Assembly (NCBI GenBank): GCA_041650335.1
Contig: JBAZLK010000003.1
Location: 57,765 to 121,764 of the forward strand
Origin: Patescibacteria group bacterium
Lineage (GTDB): Bacteria > Patescibacteriota > Patescibacteriia > JAHIZJ01
DNA: 64,000 nucleotides
Reading direction: 5' to 3'
The position numbers and the translations under genes were made by a program. The number at the start of each line of letters is the position of its first letter. The stretch's first letter is position 1. The notes under the pieces were generated by a model that was not told the DNA's origin, made no database searches, and saw only the letters and a list, made by a program, of their open reading frames with translations. Below are positions 44,950-54,954 of this stretch, piece by piece.

Positions 44950-46989
44950 TTAATATATTTGCTTAAGCGTGACGCCGGTATAGTAATACTGGAGAATTTC
45001 CGTCCAGGTTTTTCCCTGGCTGGCCATACCCAGCGCGCCTTGGGCGCTCATACCAACGCCGTGGCCCCACAGGGTCATGCCCTTGCAGTTTGGGTCCGAA
45101 ACGGAGACGAGCCACGGGTACGGTCCGCCCGACCAGACTTCATTCCAGGAGCGTGTCCGGCCGTCGCTGCGAGAAAAATATGGCGTGATCGCGACCGAGT
45201 TATCAAAGGTAACAATCGTACCGGCCGTAGCCTTGGCGTTTTCCGCCATCTTTGGCGCGCGAAGCTCAAAATTATAGCCGCGATAAACCTGATCGTATTG
45301 GGCGTCGACGGTAAAATGCTCAGCCGCGTGTTTGGTGTTGCGCTGGATGTGGTAATAGGCGTAGGTTCGCGCGGCCGTGATAAGCGCTTTGACGAATTCA
45401 GGCGGCGCGTTGCCGGATGATTCGGCGAGTCCACCGAGATAGGATTCCAACGGCAGCTCGTTGATGACCCATAATTTCTCCGTTGCCTCGGCCCAGCGGA
45501 TTTCGATCGCGCCGCGGAAACGGTTATCATTCAGGGTGGTGTTCCAGGCTGGCCGGTTTTCATAGCTGAGCAGCTCAACAACGCCGTTCGGTTCGGCCGG
45601 CTCAAACCGGAGGTATTGGGTCGTGGTGTACCGCTTATGGCCGAGATCATAGAGATAGGTGCCGTTGCTGTATGAAACAGCCACCGGCGTTCCGGCCTGG
45701 GCGGTCTGGAGCGTCCGTCCCTGACCGTCGACAATCGCGAAGGTGGTATTGGCGGTCAGACGAATAAGCGCCGTCGTATTGTACAGTCCAACGCGAATAT
45801 CGGGTTGCTGCCGTTCCCCGCCAGCCGGTCCACTGACGGTGATGTGGTAGCTGAATGCTCCGCCGCTCAGCCAGGTTAAATTTTCGGCCACAATGCCGAA
45901 CGACTCATCATAGACGCCGGGCTGCAAGGGCGCCTTCAGCGTGAAGGAGAAACGGCCGACCTCGCCCGGCTTCACCACCGCGGTATCGAGGCGGGTCGGA
46001 CGATAATAATATTCAGTCCAGTTTTCGTGTTGGAAGGCTGAGAGGCGGCCGGCTGGATTGGTGACATTCAAGGCGATAAAATGATCGCCGGTATTTGTCC
46101 AAGTAGCTGTTCCGGTGTTCTTCACGTCCGCCCAGACGGTAAACGAATCACCCGGTTCGACCGTCGGGTTGACCTTGCTATGTTTGACGATTTTCGCCTG
46201 GTAGGCCGGCGGGGGCGGCGTGACAGTGAGCGACAGCGAAACATGTCCGCCCTCAAGCCAAGTATAGTTTTCAGCCACTAAATTATAGTTTTCGACATAA
46301 TCGCCGGGCTCATCCGGAGCGCGAAGGGCGAAGCGGATGGTCCCGGTTTGGCCGGGCTGGACGAGTGGCTCAAGGAGTCGGGCTGGACGATAATCAGCCC
46401 GCCAAAAAGGGTGACGGAAGGGCGACGTGCGGCCAGCTGGGTCAGTGACGTTCAGGGCGATGAAGCGATCGCCAAAGCTGGTCCAGACCGCGCTCCCGGT
46501 ATTTTTCACTTTTATCTCAACGGTGAGTGAGCGTCCGGTTTCAACGGTTATTTTTCCGGTTGGCTGGCTGACAATAGCTGCTTGATATAACGGCGTCGGG
46601 GCAGCGGTCGGGCGATAGGTCTGGACGCCTAAGACCGCGCTCCCTTCGGCAGCGAGCAAGGCGTGATCATTGACGGCTGGTTGCTCTGGCAAGTCAACCG
46701 GCAGGAGTAAATTGAAGTAATCGCCGATATAACCCCGGCTGATTGTCTCACGAACCGCGTTTTGTTCAACCGTGCTCCAAATTTCGGCGCTGGCATTATT
46801 GACCGTTTGGACAAAGTTCAACGCCTGAGCCGCGGCAATGACGCCGAGCATGAAAATAAAAAGACGGATTGTTTTTTCCGCCAACGCCTGACCGGTCCGG
46901 TCCCCACGATAAAAGGGCCCGCTGGAATTATCCAAGACGCCCTTTGCATGAAAAACACCCCAAGTTTTATTTTGTTTTTGTGTTTGCAT
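44950..46989 (-). CDS. SpoIID/LytB domain protein with two NBR1-type Ig-like domains
   Basis: INELPLESYLGG, KALITAARTY, DQVYRGY, GHGVGMSAQGA, ILQYYY; two KNTG.A.W...V.PG Ig repeats; N-terminal TM. Confidence 0.92.
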   Translation of the reverse strand: MQTQKQNKTWGVFHAKGVLDNSSGPFYRGDRTGQALAEKTIRLFIFMLGVIAAAQALNFVQTVNNASAEIWSTVEQNAVRETISRGYIGDYFNLLLPVDLPEQPAVNDHALLAAEGSAVLGVQTYRPTAAPTPLYQAAIVSQPTGKITVETGRSLTVEIKVKNTGSAVWTSFGDRFIALNVTDPAGRTSPFRHPFWRADYRPARLLEPLVQPGQTGTIRFALRAPDEPGDYVENYNLVAENYTWLEGGHVSLSLTVTPPPPAYQAKIVKHSKVNPTVEPGDSFTVWADVKNTGTATWTNTGDHFIALNVTNPAGRLSAFQHENWTEYYYRPTRLDTAVVKPGEVGRFSFTLKAPLQPGVYDESFGIVAENLTWLSGGAFSYHITVSGPAGGERQQPDIRVGLYNTTALIRLTANTTFAIVDGQGRTLQTAQAGTPVAVSYSNGTYLYDLGHKRYTTTQYLRFEPAEPNGVVELLSYENRPAWNTTLNDNRFRGAIEIRWAEATEKLWVINELPLESYLGGLAESSGNAPPEFVKALITAARTYAYYHIQRNTKHAAEHFTVDAQYDQVYRGYNFELRAPKMAENAKATAGTIVTFDNSVAITPYFSRSDGRTRSWNEVWSGGPYPWLVSVSDPNCKGMTLWGHGVGMSAQGALGMASQGKTWTEILQYYYTGVTLKQIY

Positions 46990-47196
46990 AGACTTTTTGT
47001 TTTTGTTTTTCTATCTATATATTATCATATTTTTCACAAAAAGTCAATGCATAACGCCGGTCACGGGCCACTCCTTGAGTGATGAAAAGTCGACTGTATT
47101 ATTACTGAACAATTTTAGTGTTCACTGTCAAAAAACGCGAGTTTGCCAAGTACGCCCGATAAATGATATGATTTTGGCAGCATTGGTCTATTCATC

Positions 47197-48618
47197 ATGA
47201 CACTTACCCGACGCATCGCCCACAATACTTTTTATCAAACGCTCGGCCGAATCATCAGCACGATTCTCGGCCTCGTTGTTTTTGGCCTGTTGGCTCGCTA
47301 TCTCGGCACGGACGGGTATGGACAGTATTCAACGGTCATCGCTTTTATCCAGATCTTCGCGGTCGTGCTCGACCTCGGCCTCTATATTATCCTGATCAAA
47401 AAGATTTCCGAACCGGATGCCCCAGTCGAGCGCATCGTCAATAACGTTTTTACCCTGCGTTTCTTTTCAGCCATTATTTTTCTCAGCCTGGCGCCGATTG
47501 TGGCTCTGTTTTTTCCGTATCCCGCCCCAATAAAAATCGGGATCGCCATCACCACACTTTCCTACCTTTTCATCTCCCTGAACCAGGTCCTGACCGGACT
47601 GTTCCAAAAAAATCTGCAGATGAACAAAATCGCCGTGGCTGAGGTCGTCGGACGGATTGCTCTTTTGGCAGCGACCGGCGCGGTGCTTTTTTTTCACCTC
47701 AATCTGTACGCCGTTTTTGGATCAGTCATTGCCGGAAGCTTGGCAAACTTTTTGTACGTGTTTATTTCAGCCCATAAATTCGTTCGCCTCCGCTTCACGT
47801 TTGATTGGCCGATCTGGCGCCAGGTTTTGAGCGAATCTTGGCCGATCGGCCTGTCGGTGGCGCTTAATCTGATTTATTTTAAGGCCGATACCGTGATCTT
47901 ATCGCTCTACCGACCAGCGGCGGACGTCGGCATTTACGGAGCCACGTACAAGGTTCTCGAAGTCTTAGTCACTATTCCGGCAATGTTCGCCGGGCTGATC
48001 ATGCCGCTTATTACCGCCGCCTTCGTGGTCAAAGATCTCGAACGTTTCCGATTCGTCATGCAACGGGCCTTTGATTTCCTGGCCATGATGGCCTTGCCGC
48101 TGATCGGCGGGACGGTCTTCATCGCCACGCCGCTGATGGTTTTGGTCGCGGGCGGCGAGTTCTCGGCCGCTGGTTCAGTTTTGAAAATCCTGGTCGTGGC
48201 CACCGGCATTATCTTCATCGGCAGTTTATTCGGCAACGCGGTCGTGGCCGTGAACCGGCAAAAGCCGATGATCTGGATTTATCTGGCCGTCGCGGTCATC
48301 TCGCTCACCGGCTATCTCATTCTCATTCCCCGCTATAGCTATTACGGCGCCGCCGGCGTCACGGTCGCGTCTGAAACGATGATCATGCTCGGCTCTTATT
48401 TCATGGTTAATCGAGCGGCTCAGTTGAAGCTCCGGTTCGGTAAGATCGGAAAAATGGTGCTTGCAACCGCAGTCATGTCAGGCGCCCTTTGGCTCAGCCG
48501 CGACCTCTCCTGGCTCTGGCTGGTACCGATCGGACTCGGGGTCTACGTCGTCTGCCTCTACCTCTTCCGAGTCGTCTCAAAAGCCGAATTAAAAGAAATC
48601 CTATCGCTCTCCCGATGA
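47197..48618 (+). CDS. Wzx-type oligosaccharide flippase
   Basis: IAHNT, LARYLG..GYGQY, DLGL, DTVILS, VGIYGA, LIPRYSYYGAA; many TM helices. Confidence 0.93.
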   Translation: MTLTRRIAHNTFYQTLGRIISTILGLVVFGLLARYLGTDGYGQYSTVIAFIQIFAVVLDLGLYIILIKKISEPDAPVERIVNNVFTLRFFSAIIFLSLAPIVALFFPYPAPIKIGIAITTLSYLFISLNQVLTGLFQKNLQMNKIAVAEVVGRIALLAATGAVLFFHLNLYAVFGSVIAGSLANFLYVFISAHKFVRLRFTFDWPIWRQVLSESWPIGLSVALNLIYFKADTVILSLYRPAADVGIYGATYKVLEVLVTIPAMFAGLIMPLITAAFVVKDLERFRFVMQRAFDFLAMMALPLIGGTVFIATPLMVLVAGGEFSAAGSVLKILVVATGIIFIGSLFGNAVVAVNRQKPMIWIYLAVAVISLTGYLILIPRYSYYGAAGVTVASETMIMLGSYFMVNRAAQLKLRFGKIGKMVLATAVMSGALWLSRDLSWLWLVPIGLGVYVVCLYLFRVVSKAELKEILSLSR

Positions 48619-49742
48619 AAAATGTTCTGATTTTGAAATTCCCTTACTCCTCTCAATACGGCGGCGGCGAACGCCACACTGTGTTACTCGTCGAACAATT
48701 GCAGAAATTGGACGTGCATTTTTTTCTCGTCTCGTCTTGTCCCGTGCTCCTGGCTGAATTCAGCCGGCGGCGTTGGCCAACGCAGAAACTCTGGCTGCCG
48801 CGAGAGCCGGTTTCAAAGATCGCCCTGCTGTTGTTTCCGCTCTGGGCGTGGCTGGCCTTTTTCATCCTGATCGGCGTACTCGTCCGCGCCCGTTTTACTC
48901 AGGGTGTTCGAACCGTTTACTGCCTCTCCCTGACGGAAAAAATACTTGCCACCATTCCAGCCCGGCTCCTCGGGCTGAGGGTCATCTGGGCTGAACACGT
49001 CGGCTTTCACCGTTGGCTGACGAAAAATCCGCTGCGATATTTCTATCGTCTGTTTTCAAAATTCGCCACGATTGTCGTGATCTCACAGGCGCTCCAGCAT
49101 CAGCTTGTCGACCTGGGCGTGGCCAAGAAAAACATCACGGTTATCTATAACGGCTTTGACTTCCCGTATTTTACCGGTCTCTGCCAACCAGCCGCCGGCC
49201 AGAAACCGGATCAATATGTGGTCGGGACATTGTGTCGGCTGGAAAAAGAAAAGGGCGTTGAGGTGTTATTGCTCGCCTGCCAAAAAGCGATTGAGATAAT
49301 CCCGTATTTACGGCTCATTATTGTCGGTGAGGGCGGCGAACGCAAGCGCCTCGAGTGGCTGGCGAAAAATCTGAGCCTTGATCGGCGTGTTCAATTCGTC
49401 GGCTTCCAGCAAGAACCGGCGCTCTGGCTCAGGGATTTTGACGTGTTCGTGCTTCCGTCGGTGAAGCGCGAGTCGTTCGGCGCGTCGCTGGTTGAGGCGC
49501 TGGCTTTGGAACGGCCCGTGGTGGCCTCAAACCTCGAGGGCATCCCAGAAATTGTCAAACAGAATGAAACCGGCCTGCTGGTCCAGCCGGGCAATTCCGA
49601 GGAGCTGGCCCAAGCGCTCATCTACCTGTATCAACACCCGGAAACAGCGCGCCAATTGGCTCAGCGCGGCCGGCAGTATGTTGAAGGTCAATTTACAGTC
49701 GAACGCATGATCAGTGCTTTTTTCCGATTGTTCAGCGAATAA
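48615..49742 (+). CDS. glycosyltransferase family 4
   Basis: GGGER, IYNG, RLEKEKG, FVLPS..ESFG..LVEA, GIPEIV..TGLLV. Confidence 0.95.
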   Translation: MKNVLILKFPYSSQYGGGERHTVLLVEQLQKLDVHFFLVSSCPVLLAEFSRRRWPTQKLWLPREPVSKIALLLFPLWAWLAFFILIGVLVRARFTQGVRTVYCLSLTEKILATIPARLLGLRVIWAEHVGFHRWLTKNPLRYFYRLFSKFATIVVISQALQHQLVDLGVAKKNITVIYNGFDFPYFTGLCQPAAGQKPDQYVVGTLCRLEKEKGVEVLLLACQKAIEIIPYLRLIIVGEGGERKRLEWLAKNLSLDRRVQFVGFQQEPALWLRDFDVFVLPSVKRESFGASLVEALALERPVVASNLEGIPEIVKQNETGLLVQPGNSEELAQALIYLYQHPETARQLAQRGRQYVEGQFTVERMISAFFRLFSE

Positions 49743-49743
49743 C

Positions 49744-51234
49744 ATGGGAAACATATTAAAACAATTACGCTCACGGGAAACGATCATCGGCGGTTTGTTC
49801 GTCCTTGCCACCGTGCTGCTCTTAGGACTAGCCACCGCCAAGCTACCAGTGCTGCTGCCGCTCGGGGGGGTTGTCCTGGCCGGCCTGGCGCTCTTCACCT
49901 ATCGCTCGCCGTTCCTGGCGCTGCTGGTGATCACCTTTTTCCTGCCGTTCGAGCGCATCGGTTCTTACGACGTCGCCGGCATCACCGTCCGGCCGAGCCA
50001 GATCCTGGCGCTCATCCTGATCGTCGTCTGGTTTTTGCATGGCGTGATCAATCGGAATTTCCGGACCCAGAAGAATCCGATCATCATCCCGCTGATCGCC
50101 TTTCTCCTGATCAATCTCGTCTCGCTGACCGGCGCAGCCAATATCCAGCGCTCCATTCTCGTGTTTGCTTTTACCCTTTTCACCATCGGCTTCAGCCTCC
50201 TCATCCCGAATTACGTCACCGACGAGGTGAAGCTGCGGCGCGTCATCCGTATCCTCCTGATCACTACCACCTTGGTCGCGCTCTTTGGTCTGTGGCAATT
50301 CTTCGGCGACATGATCGGCCTGCCGACCACCCTGACCGGGCTGCGCGAGCACTATACGAAGATTGTCTTCGGCTTCCCGCGCATTCAGTCGACCGCGCTT
50401 GAGCCGCTCTATTTCGCAAATTTCCTACTCATCCCGATCGCCGTGATCTACGCGCTGCTGATCAGCCGGTCGAGCTCGATCAAAATGATTCGGCTCCTGC
50501 CGCTTTTCATTCTGACTGTTTTAAATCTTGTTTTAACCGTGTCACGCGGCGGCTACCTCGGCGTGATCGTCATTATTCTCGTGGTGAGCTTTGTTTATCT
50601 GCGAAAAATATTCCGCTGGCAATTTCTGGTTTCGCTGGTTGTTGGGATAGTCGTGGTATGGTTTTTTGCCATTCGGGCGCTCGGCTTCGGCGACGTCTTC
50701 CAATTAAATGCCGAAACCTTCCTGACCCACATCGTCGATTCTTTTTCCGGCCCGGCCTACACTGAACGCATCGAGACGTTTCAGTGGGCTGAAGAGGCCT
50801 GGCGGGCAAATCCGATCCTCGGCATCGGGCCCGGTCAATACGGTCCGTTCGTCTCCGCCCATCCGTATATTGAGCCAAAAGAAGGTTGGAAAATCGTGAA
50901 TAACGAGTTTATCGAATTGCTGGCGGAAACAGGTGTCCTCGGCCTGGCTGCGTTCCTGGTTGTCATCGGCAGCCTCGTCATCCGCTCGCTCAAGGCTATT
51001 GTCCGCGCACGCACGCCCTATCTCCGGGCGCTCATGACCGCGCTCCTGGCCGCCCTGCTCGGCATCCTTGCCCAGTACATGACCTTCTCTATCTTATACA
51101 TCATGCACGTCTGGTTCCTGATCGGGCTCATGGTGGCGGTTCAGAACATTATTCTGAATCCGGCCGTGACCGAACCCGATCCAACGCCCGAAGAATTGGC
51201 TAGTCATACTACCATTCAACCGCCTCAGCCATGA
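49744..51234 (+). CDS. O-antigen ligase/Wzy_C family protein
   Basis: RIQSTALEP, TVSRGG, PILGIGPGQY, VNNEFIELLAETG; many TM helices. Confidence 0.88.
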   Translation: MGNILKQLRSRETIIGGLFVLATVLLLGLATAKLPVLLPLGGVVLAGLALFTYRSPFLALLVITFFLPFERIGSYDVAGITVRPSQILALILIVVWFLHGVINRNFRTQKNPIIIPLIAFLLINLVSLTGAANIQRSILVFAFTLFTIGFSLLIPNYVTDEVKLRRVIRILLITTTLVALFGLWQFFGDMIGLPTTLTGLREHYTKIVFGFPRIQSTALEPLYFANFLLIPIAVIYALLISRSSSIKMIRLLPLFILTVLNLVLTVSRGGYLGVIVIILVVSFVYLRKIFRWQFLVSLVVGIVVVWFFAIRALGFGDVFQLNAETFLTHIVDSFSGPAYTERIETFQWAEEAWRANPILGIGPGQYGPFVSAHPYIEPKEGWKIVNNEFIELLAETGVLGLAAFLVVIGSLVIRSLKAIVRARTPYLRALMTALLAALLGILAQYMTFSILYIMHVWFLIGLMVAVQNIILNPAVTEPDPTPEELASHTTIQPPQP

Positions 51235-52520
51235 TTATTGGCCTGATCAGCCTCGTTGTCTTTTTCGCCCTCGCCATCTTACGTTTCCAATGGGCGTCGC
51301 GCGTTTTGGTATTGCTGTTACCGGCGTATCTGGTTCGCTTTTCCATATTTGGCATTCCGTTCACCCTGCTCGAAGGGATGATTCTCATACTTTTCTGTGC
51401 TTGGGTCGGCCGGGTGATTGTTTTCCGCGAAGGCCGGAAATTAATCCTGCCCTGGAAATGGGTAATTCTCTTTTTCCTGGCCGCCGCCACCGCATCCGTG
51501 TTCGTGGCGCCGGAACTAAAGCCTGCGCTGGGCTTATGGAAAGCCTATTTCATTGAACCAGTACTATTATTTCTCGTGCTGGTAAACACGGTGAAAAAAA
51601 CCTCTGAAAAACGCTGGCTCGTGTACGCTCTTGGTTTGAGCGCCATTTTCATCAGTCTCTATGCCGCCGGCCAATACCTCGGGTTTTTCAAAAGCCCGGC
51701 GCCCTGGATCAATGAAACGCCCAAGCGCGTCTCCTCGGTGTTCGACTACCCGAACGCGGTCGGCCTGTATCTCACGCCTATTGTGGTTTTATTCCTGAGC
51801 TTTTTCGCTTTCAAACGCGCAGCCGCCAACCGCCTGTTCACAGCTTTTGTCGTGATCCTCGGCCTAGCCGCCATATTTTTCTCATTCACCCGCGGGGCAA
51901 TCCTCGGCTTTGCGGCCGCGCTGGTTTTCCTCGGTTTTGTCAGTGAACGGAAAAAATTGATCTGGCTGATAATCGCCGTTACCATCGGCACCAGTCTTAT
52001 CCTGCCGGCGAGCCGCCATGTGATCAATTCGGTCGTCAGTGTAAAAGACACCTCGACCGATGTGCGCGTGGTCCTCTGGCAGGGCACCTGGAATCTCCTG
52101 AAAGCCCACCCCTGGCTCGGCGCCGGCCTCGGCGGCTTCCCCGCGCTCTACGACAAATACCGGCTGATCAAACATACGGAGCTCCTGCTCTATCCTCACA
52201 ATATTTTCCTCAATTTCTGGGTTGAGACCGGTTTGGCTGGCTTAATTGCCTTCCTTGGCATACTCCTGTCGTTCTTCCGCCGGGGTATCCGCGCCATCCA
52301 CACAGACAAAAGCCGCATCTGCGGTTACAGTCTCATGGCCAGCATGATCGCGCTCGTGGTCTACGGCCTGGTCGAAGCGCCCTATTTCAAGAACGACCTC
52401 TCAGCCCTGTTCTGGGTTTTATGCGCCTTAGTGGTTATCGCCAGCCGACACGTTGAACGGGACGATGTGCTTAGCCCCGAGGCGGCGGAGAGATTGAAGA
52501 AGAATAGGATGCAGGTCTGA
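51231..52520 (+). CDS. O-antigen ligase/Wzy_C family protein
   Basis: RVSSVFDYPN, SFTRGA, RVVLW, PWLGAGLGGF, PHNIFLNFWVETG. Confidence 0.9.
   Translation: MIIGLISLVVFFALAILRFQWASRVLVLLLPAYLVRFSIFGIPFTLLEGMILILFCAWVGRVIVFREGRKLILPWKWVILFFLAAATASVFVAPELKPALGLWKAYFIEPVLLFLVLVNTVKKTSEKRWLVYALGLSAIFISLYAAGQYLGFFKSPAPWINETPKRVSSVFDYPNAVGLYLTPIVVLFLSFFAFKRAAANRLFTAFVVILGLAAIFFSFTRGAILGFAAALVFLGFVSERKKLIWLIIAVTIGTSLILPASRHVINSVVSVKDTSTDVRVVLWQGTWNLLKAHPWLGAGLGGFPALYDKYRLIKHTELLLYPHNIFLNFWVETGLAGLIAFLGILLSFFRRGIRAIHTDKSRICGYSLMASMIALVVYGLVEAPYFKNDLSALFWVLCALVVIASRHVERDDVLSPEAAERLKKNRMQV
52458..52510 (+). repeat. degenerate direct repeat, copy 1 (encodes RDDVLSPEAAERLKKNR)
   Basis: CGGGACGATGTGCTTAGCCCCGAGGCGGCGG...TGAAGAAGAATAGGA, similar to 52814-52860. 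Confidence 0.65.
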
Positions 52521-52561
52521 ATTATAACAACTCGTTTCAATAAATATTCTTTTTTCACTTT

Positions 52562-52798
52562 ATGGAAATCAAGATCCTCGACGGCGCCAACCTCGATATC
52601 GACCTCGTGTCCCAGGACAAAACGTCATGGAAGCAAATGTCGTGCCCCTGGAACGAAGCTGACGGCACCAACACTCACAAATGCGCCGTTAAAAATGTTT
52701 CGATCTGCGAGTATTTTTGCGGTATTCAATATCTCGATAATGTGTTGTGCTGCTATCCAAACAAGAACGAATCAGTGGATAATAAGCAGAAAAAGTGA
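52562..52798 (+). CDS. small Cys-rich hypothetical protein
   Basis: 78 aa with six Cys (CPWN, HKCAVKNVSIC.YFCG, LCCYP). Confidence 0.7.
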   Translation: MEIKILDGANLDIDLVSQDKTSWKQMSCPWNEADGTNTHKCAVKNVSICEYFCGIQYLDNVLCCYPNKNESVDNKQKK

Positions 52799-52813
52799 AT
52801 CGGCTGAATCGCT

Positions 52814-52860
52814 CGGGATGACGCGTTCAGTCCCGAGGCGGCGGCTGAAGAAAATAAGAC
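52814..52860 (+). repeat. degenerate direct repeat, copy 2 (RDDAFSPEAA...)
   Basis: CGGGATGACGCGTTCAGTCCCGAGGCGGCGG-CTGAAGAAAATAAGA. Confidence 0.65.
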
Positions 52861-52880
52861 TACCCTAAGTTAAATGAAAC

Positions 52881-53261
52881 ATGAATAATTCGGTTGGCAT
52901 ACTTTTTGAAAACGGCGAGGGGAAAATACTCTTTTTGCTGAGAGACGATAAGCCGACTATTCCCCATCCCAACCAATGGGATGTTTTGGGCGGCGTGGTG
53001 GAAGACGGTGAAACAGCCGAGCAAGCCATTGTCAGGGAAATGCACGAGGAGCTTGAACTTGATCTGAAGGATTTCAAGGTATTTAAAGTATTTCATTGGC
53101 CGGAAAAGATTGAAACTATTTTTTATAAGAAACTGGATCTGGATATTAATAAAATCAATCTTCATGAGGGGCAAAAGATAAAATATTTTTCCAAAGAAGA
53201 ATTGCTTCAAATGAATCTGGCTTTTCACGACAATGAAATAGTCAGACAGTTTTTCTTGTAA
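52881..53261 (+). CDS. NUDIX hydrolase
   Basis: Nudix box GGVVEDGETAEQAIVREMHEEL; LRDDKPTIPHPNQW. Confidence 0.93.
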   Translation: MNNSVGILFENGEGKILFLLRDDKPTIPHPNQWDVLGGVVEDGETAEQAIVREMHEELELDLKDFKVFKVFHWPEKIETIFYKKLDLDINKINLHEGQKIKYFSKEELLQMNLAFHDNEIVRQFFL

Positions 53262-53270
53262 ATCCTTTTA

Positions 53271-53921
53271 ATGAATAGCCTGCCCAAAATAACAGCACCC
53301 GGCTTGGCCGTCGACATCGACGAGACGCTTTCCTGGACCATCGGCTACTGGGTGGAAAGGATGCAGGAGAAATTTGGCAATCCCGAAAATCTCACGGTCA
53401 AGGAAATAATCGAGAAGTACCGCTACACCCAGAACGTGCCCTATTGGCAGTCAGCCGAGGCCAAACAGTGGATGCACGACAAAATCAACTCCGACGATTT
53501 GCAAAAAGAACTTCCCTTAATCGAGGGTAGCAACACGTATCTAGAAAAAATCAATTCCATCATTCCGATCGCGGCGTATATAACCGTTCGACCGGAATCT
53601 GTGATTAGCGGCACCCAAGCCTGGCTCAACAAACACGGTTTCCCAAAAGCGCCTATCATCTGCAAACCGCTGGACGTAGACCATGGGGATGGTAATAGAT
53701 GGAAAGCCGATATCCTGCAAAAACTATATCCGGATATCCTGGGCATGATCGACGACAACGCACTACTTCTTGATTTCCTCGACGCCAAATACCCGGGCGT
53801 TATTTTTCTCTACGACCACCACACAATTGATAGCGCTCTTAACGTCATCGCATGCAAAAACTGGGTGGAGGTGTATGGGGAGGTGAGAAGATATTTCAGT
53901 AAAGTAAATATGGCTATTTGA
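53271..53921 (+). CDS. HAD-superfamily (NT5C-like) hydrolase
   Basis: AVDIDETL motif I, YITVRP motif II, K, MIDDN motif IV. Confidence 0.8.
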   Translation: MNSLPKITAPGLAVDIDETLSWTIGYWVERMQEKFGNPENLTVKEIIEKYRYTQNVPYWQSAEAKQWMHDKINSDDLQKELPLIEGSNTYLEKINSIIPIAAYITVRPESVISGTQAWLNKHGFPKAPIICKPLDVDHGDGNRWKADILQKLYPDILGMIDDNALLLDFLDAKYPGVIFLYDHHTIDSALNVIACKNWVEVYGEVRRYFSKVNMAI

Positions 53922-54029
53922 GCATTACTGACCGCGGTGATAACATGATAAAAGTGAGTGATACCACATACCAACGCCAATCAAATAAGATAACCATGGG
54001 TTAAAAGATAAATATTTTCATAATCCGCT

Positions 54030-54872
54030 ATGTCAACAGTACTAAATGATAGTTTGTACAAGAGATTTGGCCTTGAGATCGATTTGGAAGAAGTCCAATC
54101 GGGTTTTTGCATGTATACTAAAAATGTTTTACTAGATTATTTATCTCCAATTATAAGTCCTGAAATATATAACAATACGAGTATATTAAAAGAAATACAA
54201 ACGAATACTCTAACCGAGTCTTGCCGTCAGCTTTTTAAGGATCCAAGAGCATATTATAGTTATGATAATTTCATTAAAAGAATTTTCGATATAAATTGTA
54301 TATCTTTTGAAAAATATCTAATAAATTTACAAATATTCATTAACGTGCTGTTTAATTATAAACAAATTAGACCCGAACTTAATCAAGTTTTAGAAAATTT
54401 ATCGAATTATCTCATTGATTATCCAATATTAAACATCGCCCTTAAAATATATAAAAGTAAACCCGCCCAAATATTACCCTCCATATCAAAAACCATTGAT
54501 TTAAACATTGAAAATACTTTAAATATTTTAGAGACCATAAAATATAAACCAGTGCTGATAAATTATGAAGAGGGTCTAAAAGAATTTCTATTAGCAAAAA
54601 CTCAATCGCAATTGAAAGATGTTGTCGAAGACATGTTAACTGCATGTGATGAGTTAGCAAAAATAGCCTTAAAGGATAAAAATAAAGGATTCAAACACTT
54701 TTTTAAAAACAGCGACAATTACTTTAAAAATCGAAGTACTAAAGAACTTTATAGAAATCTAAAGGATTGGATGGATAGTATAAAACATGGTTCATTGAAA
54801 GATTTTGATCGGATGGATATTGAAACAATTATTAATGCCGTATCTTCATTTATAAGATTAATGGCAAAATAG
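54030..54872 (+). CDS. very AT-rich hypothetical protein, possible HEPN/AbiJ-like C-terminus
   Basis: Sharp drop in GC; helical C-terminal domain with LYRNLKDWMDSIKHG...IINAVSSFIRLM. Confidence 0.6.
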   Translation: MSTVLNDSLYKRFGLEIDLEEVQSGFCMYTKNVLLDYLSPIISPEIYNNTSILKEIQTNTLTESCRQLFKDPRAYYSYDNFIKRIFDINCISFEKYLINLQIFINVLFNYKQIRPELNQVLENLSNYLIDYPILNIALKIYKSKPAQILPSISKTIDLNIENTLNILETIKYKPVLINYEEGLKEFLLAKTQSQLKDVVEDMLTACDELAKIALKDKNKGFKHFFKNSDNYFKNRSTKELYRNLKDWMDSIKHGSLKDFDRMDIETIINAVSSFIRLMAK

Positions 54873-54954
54873 TTTTTATATACTCTACCTAAAAAACCCG
54901 CACCGGCCAATAGAACACAATTTTATCCGCGCTTTTTAGGAAAATAATACACAT

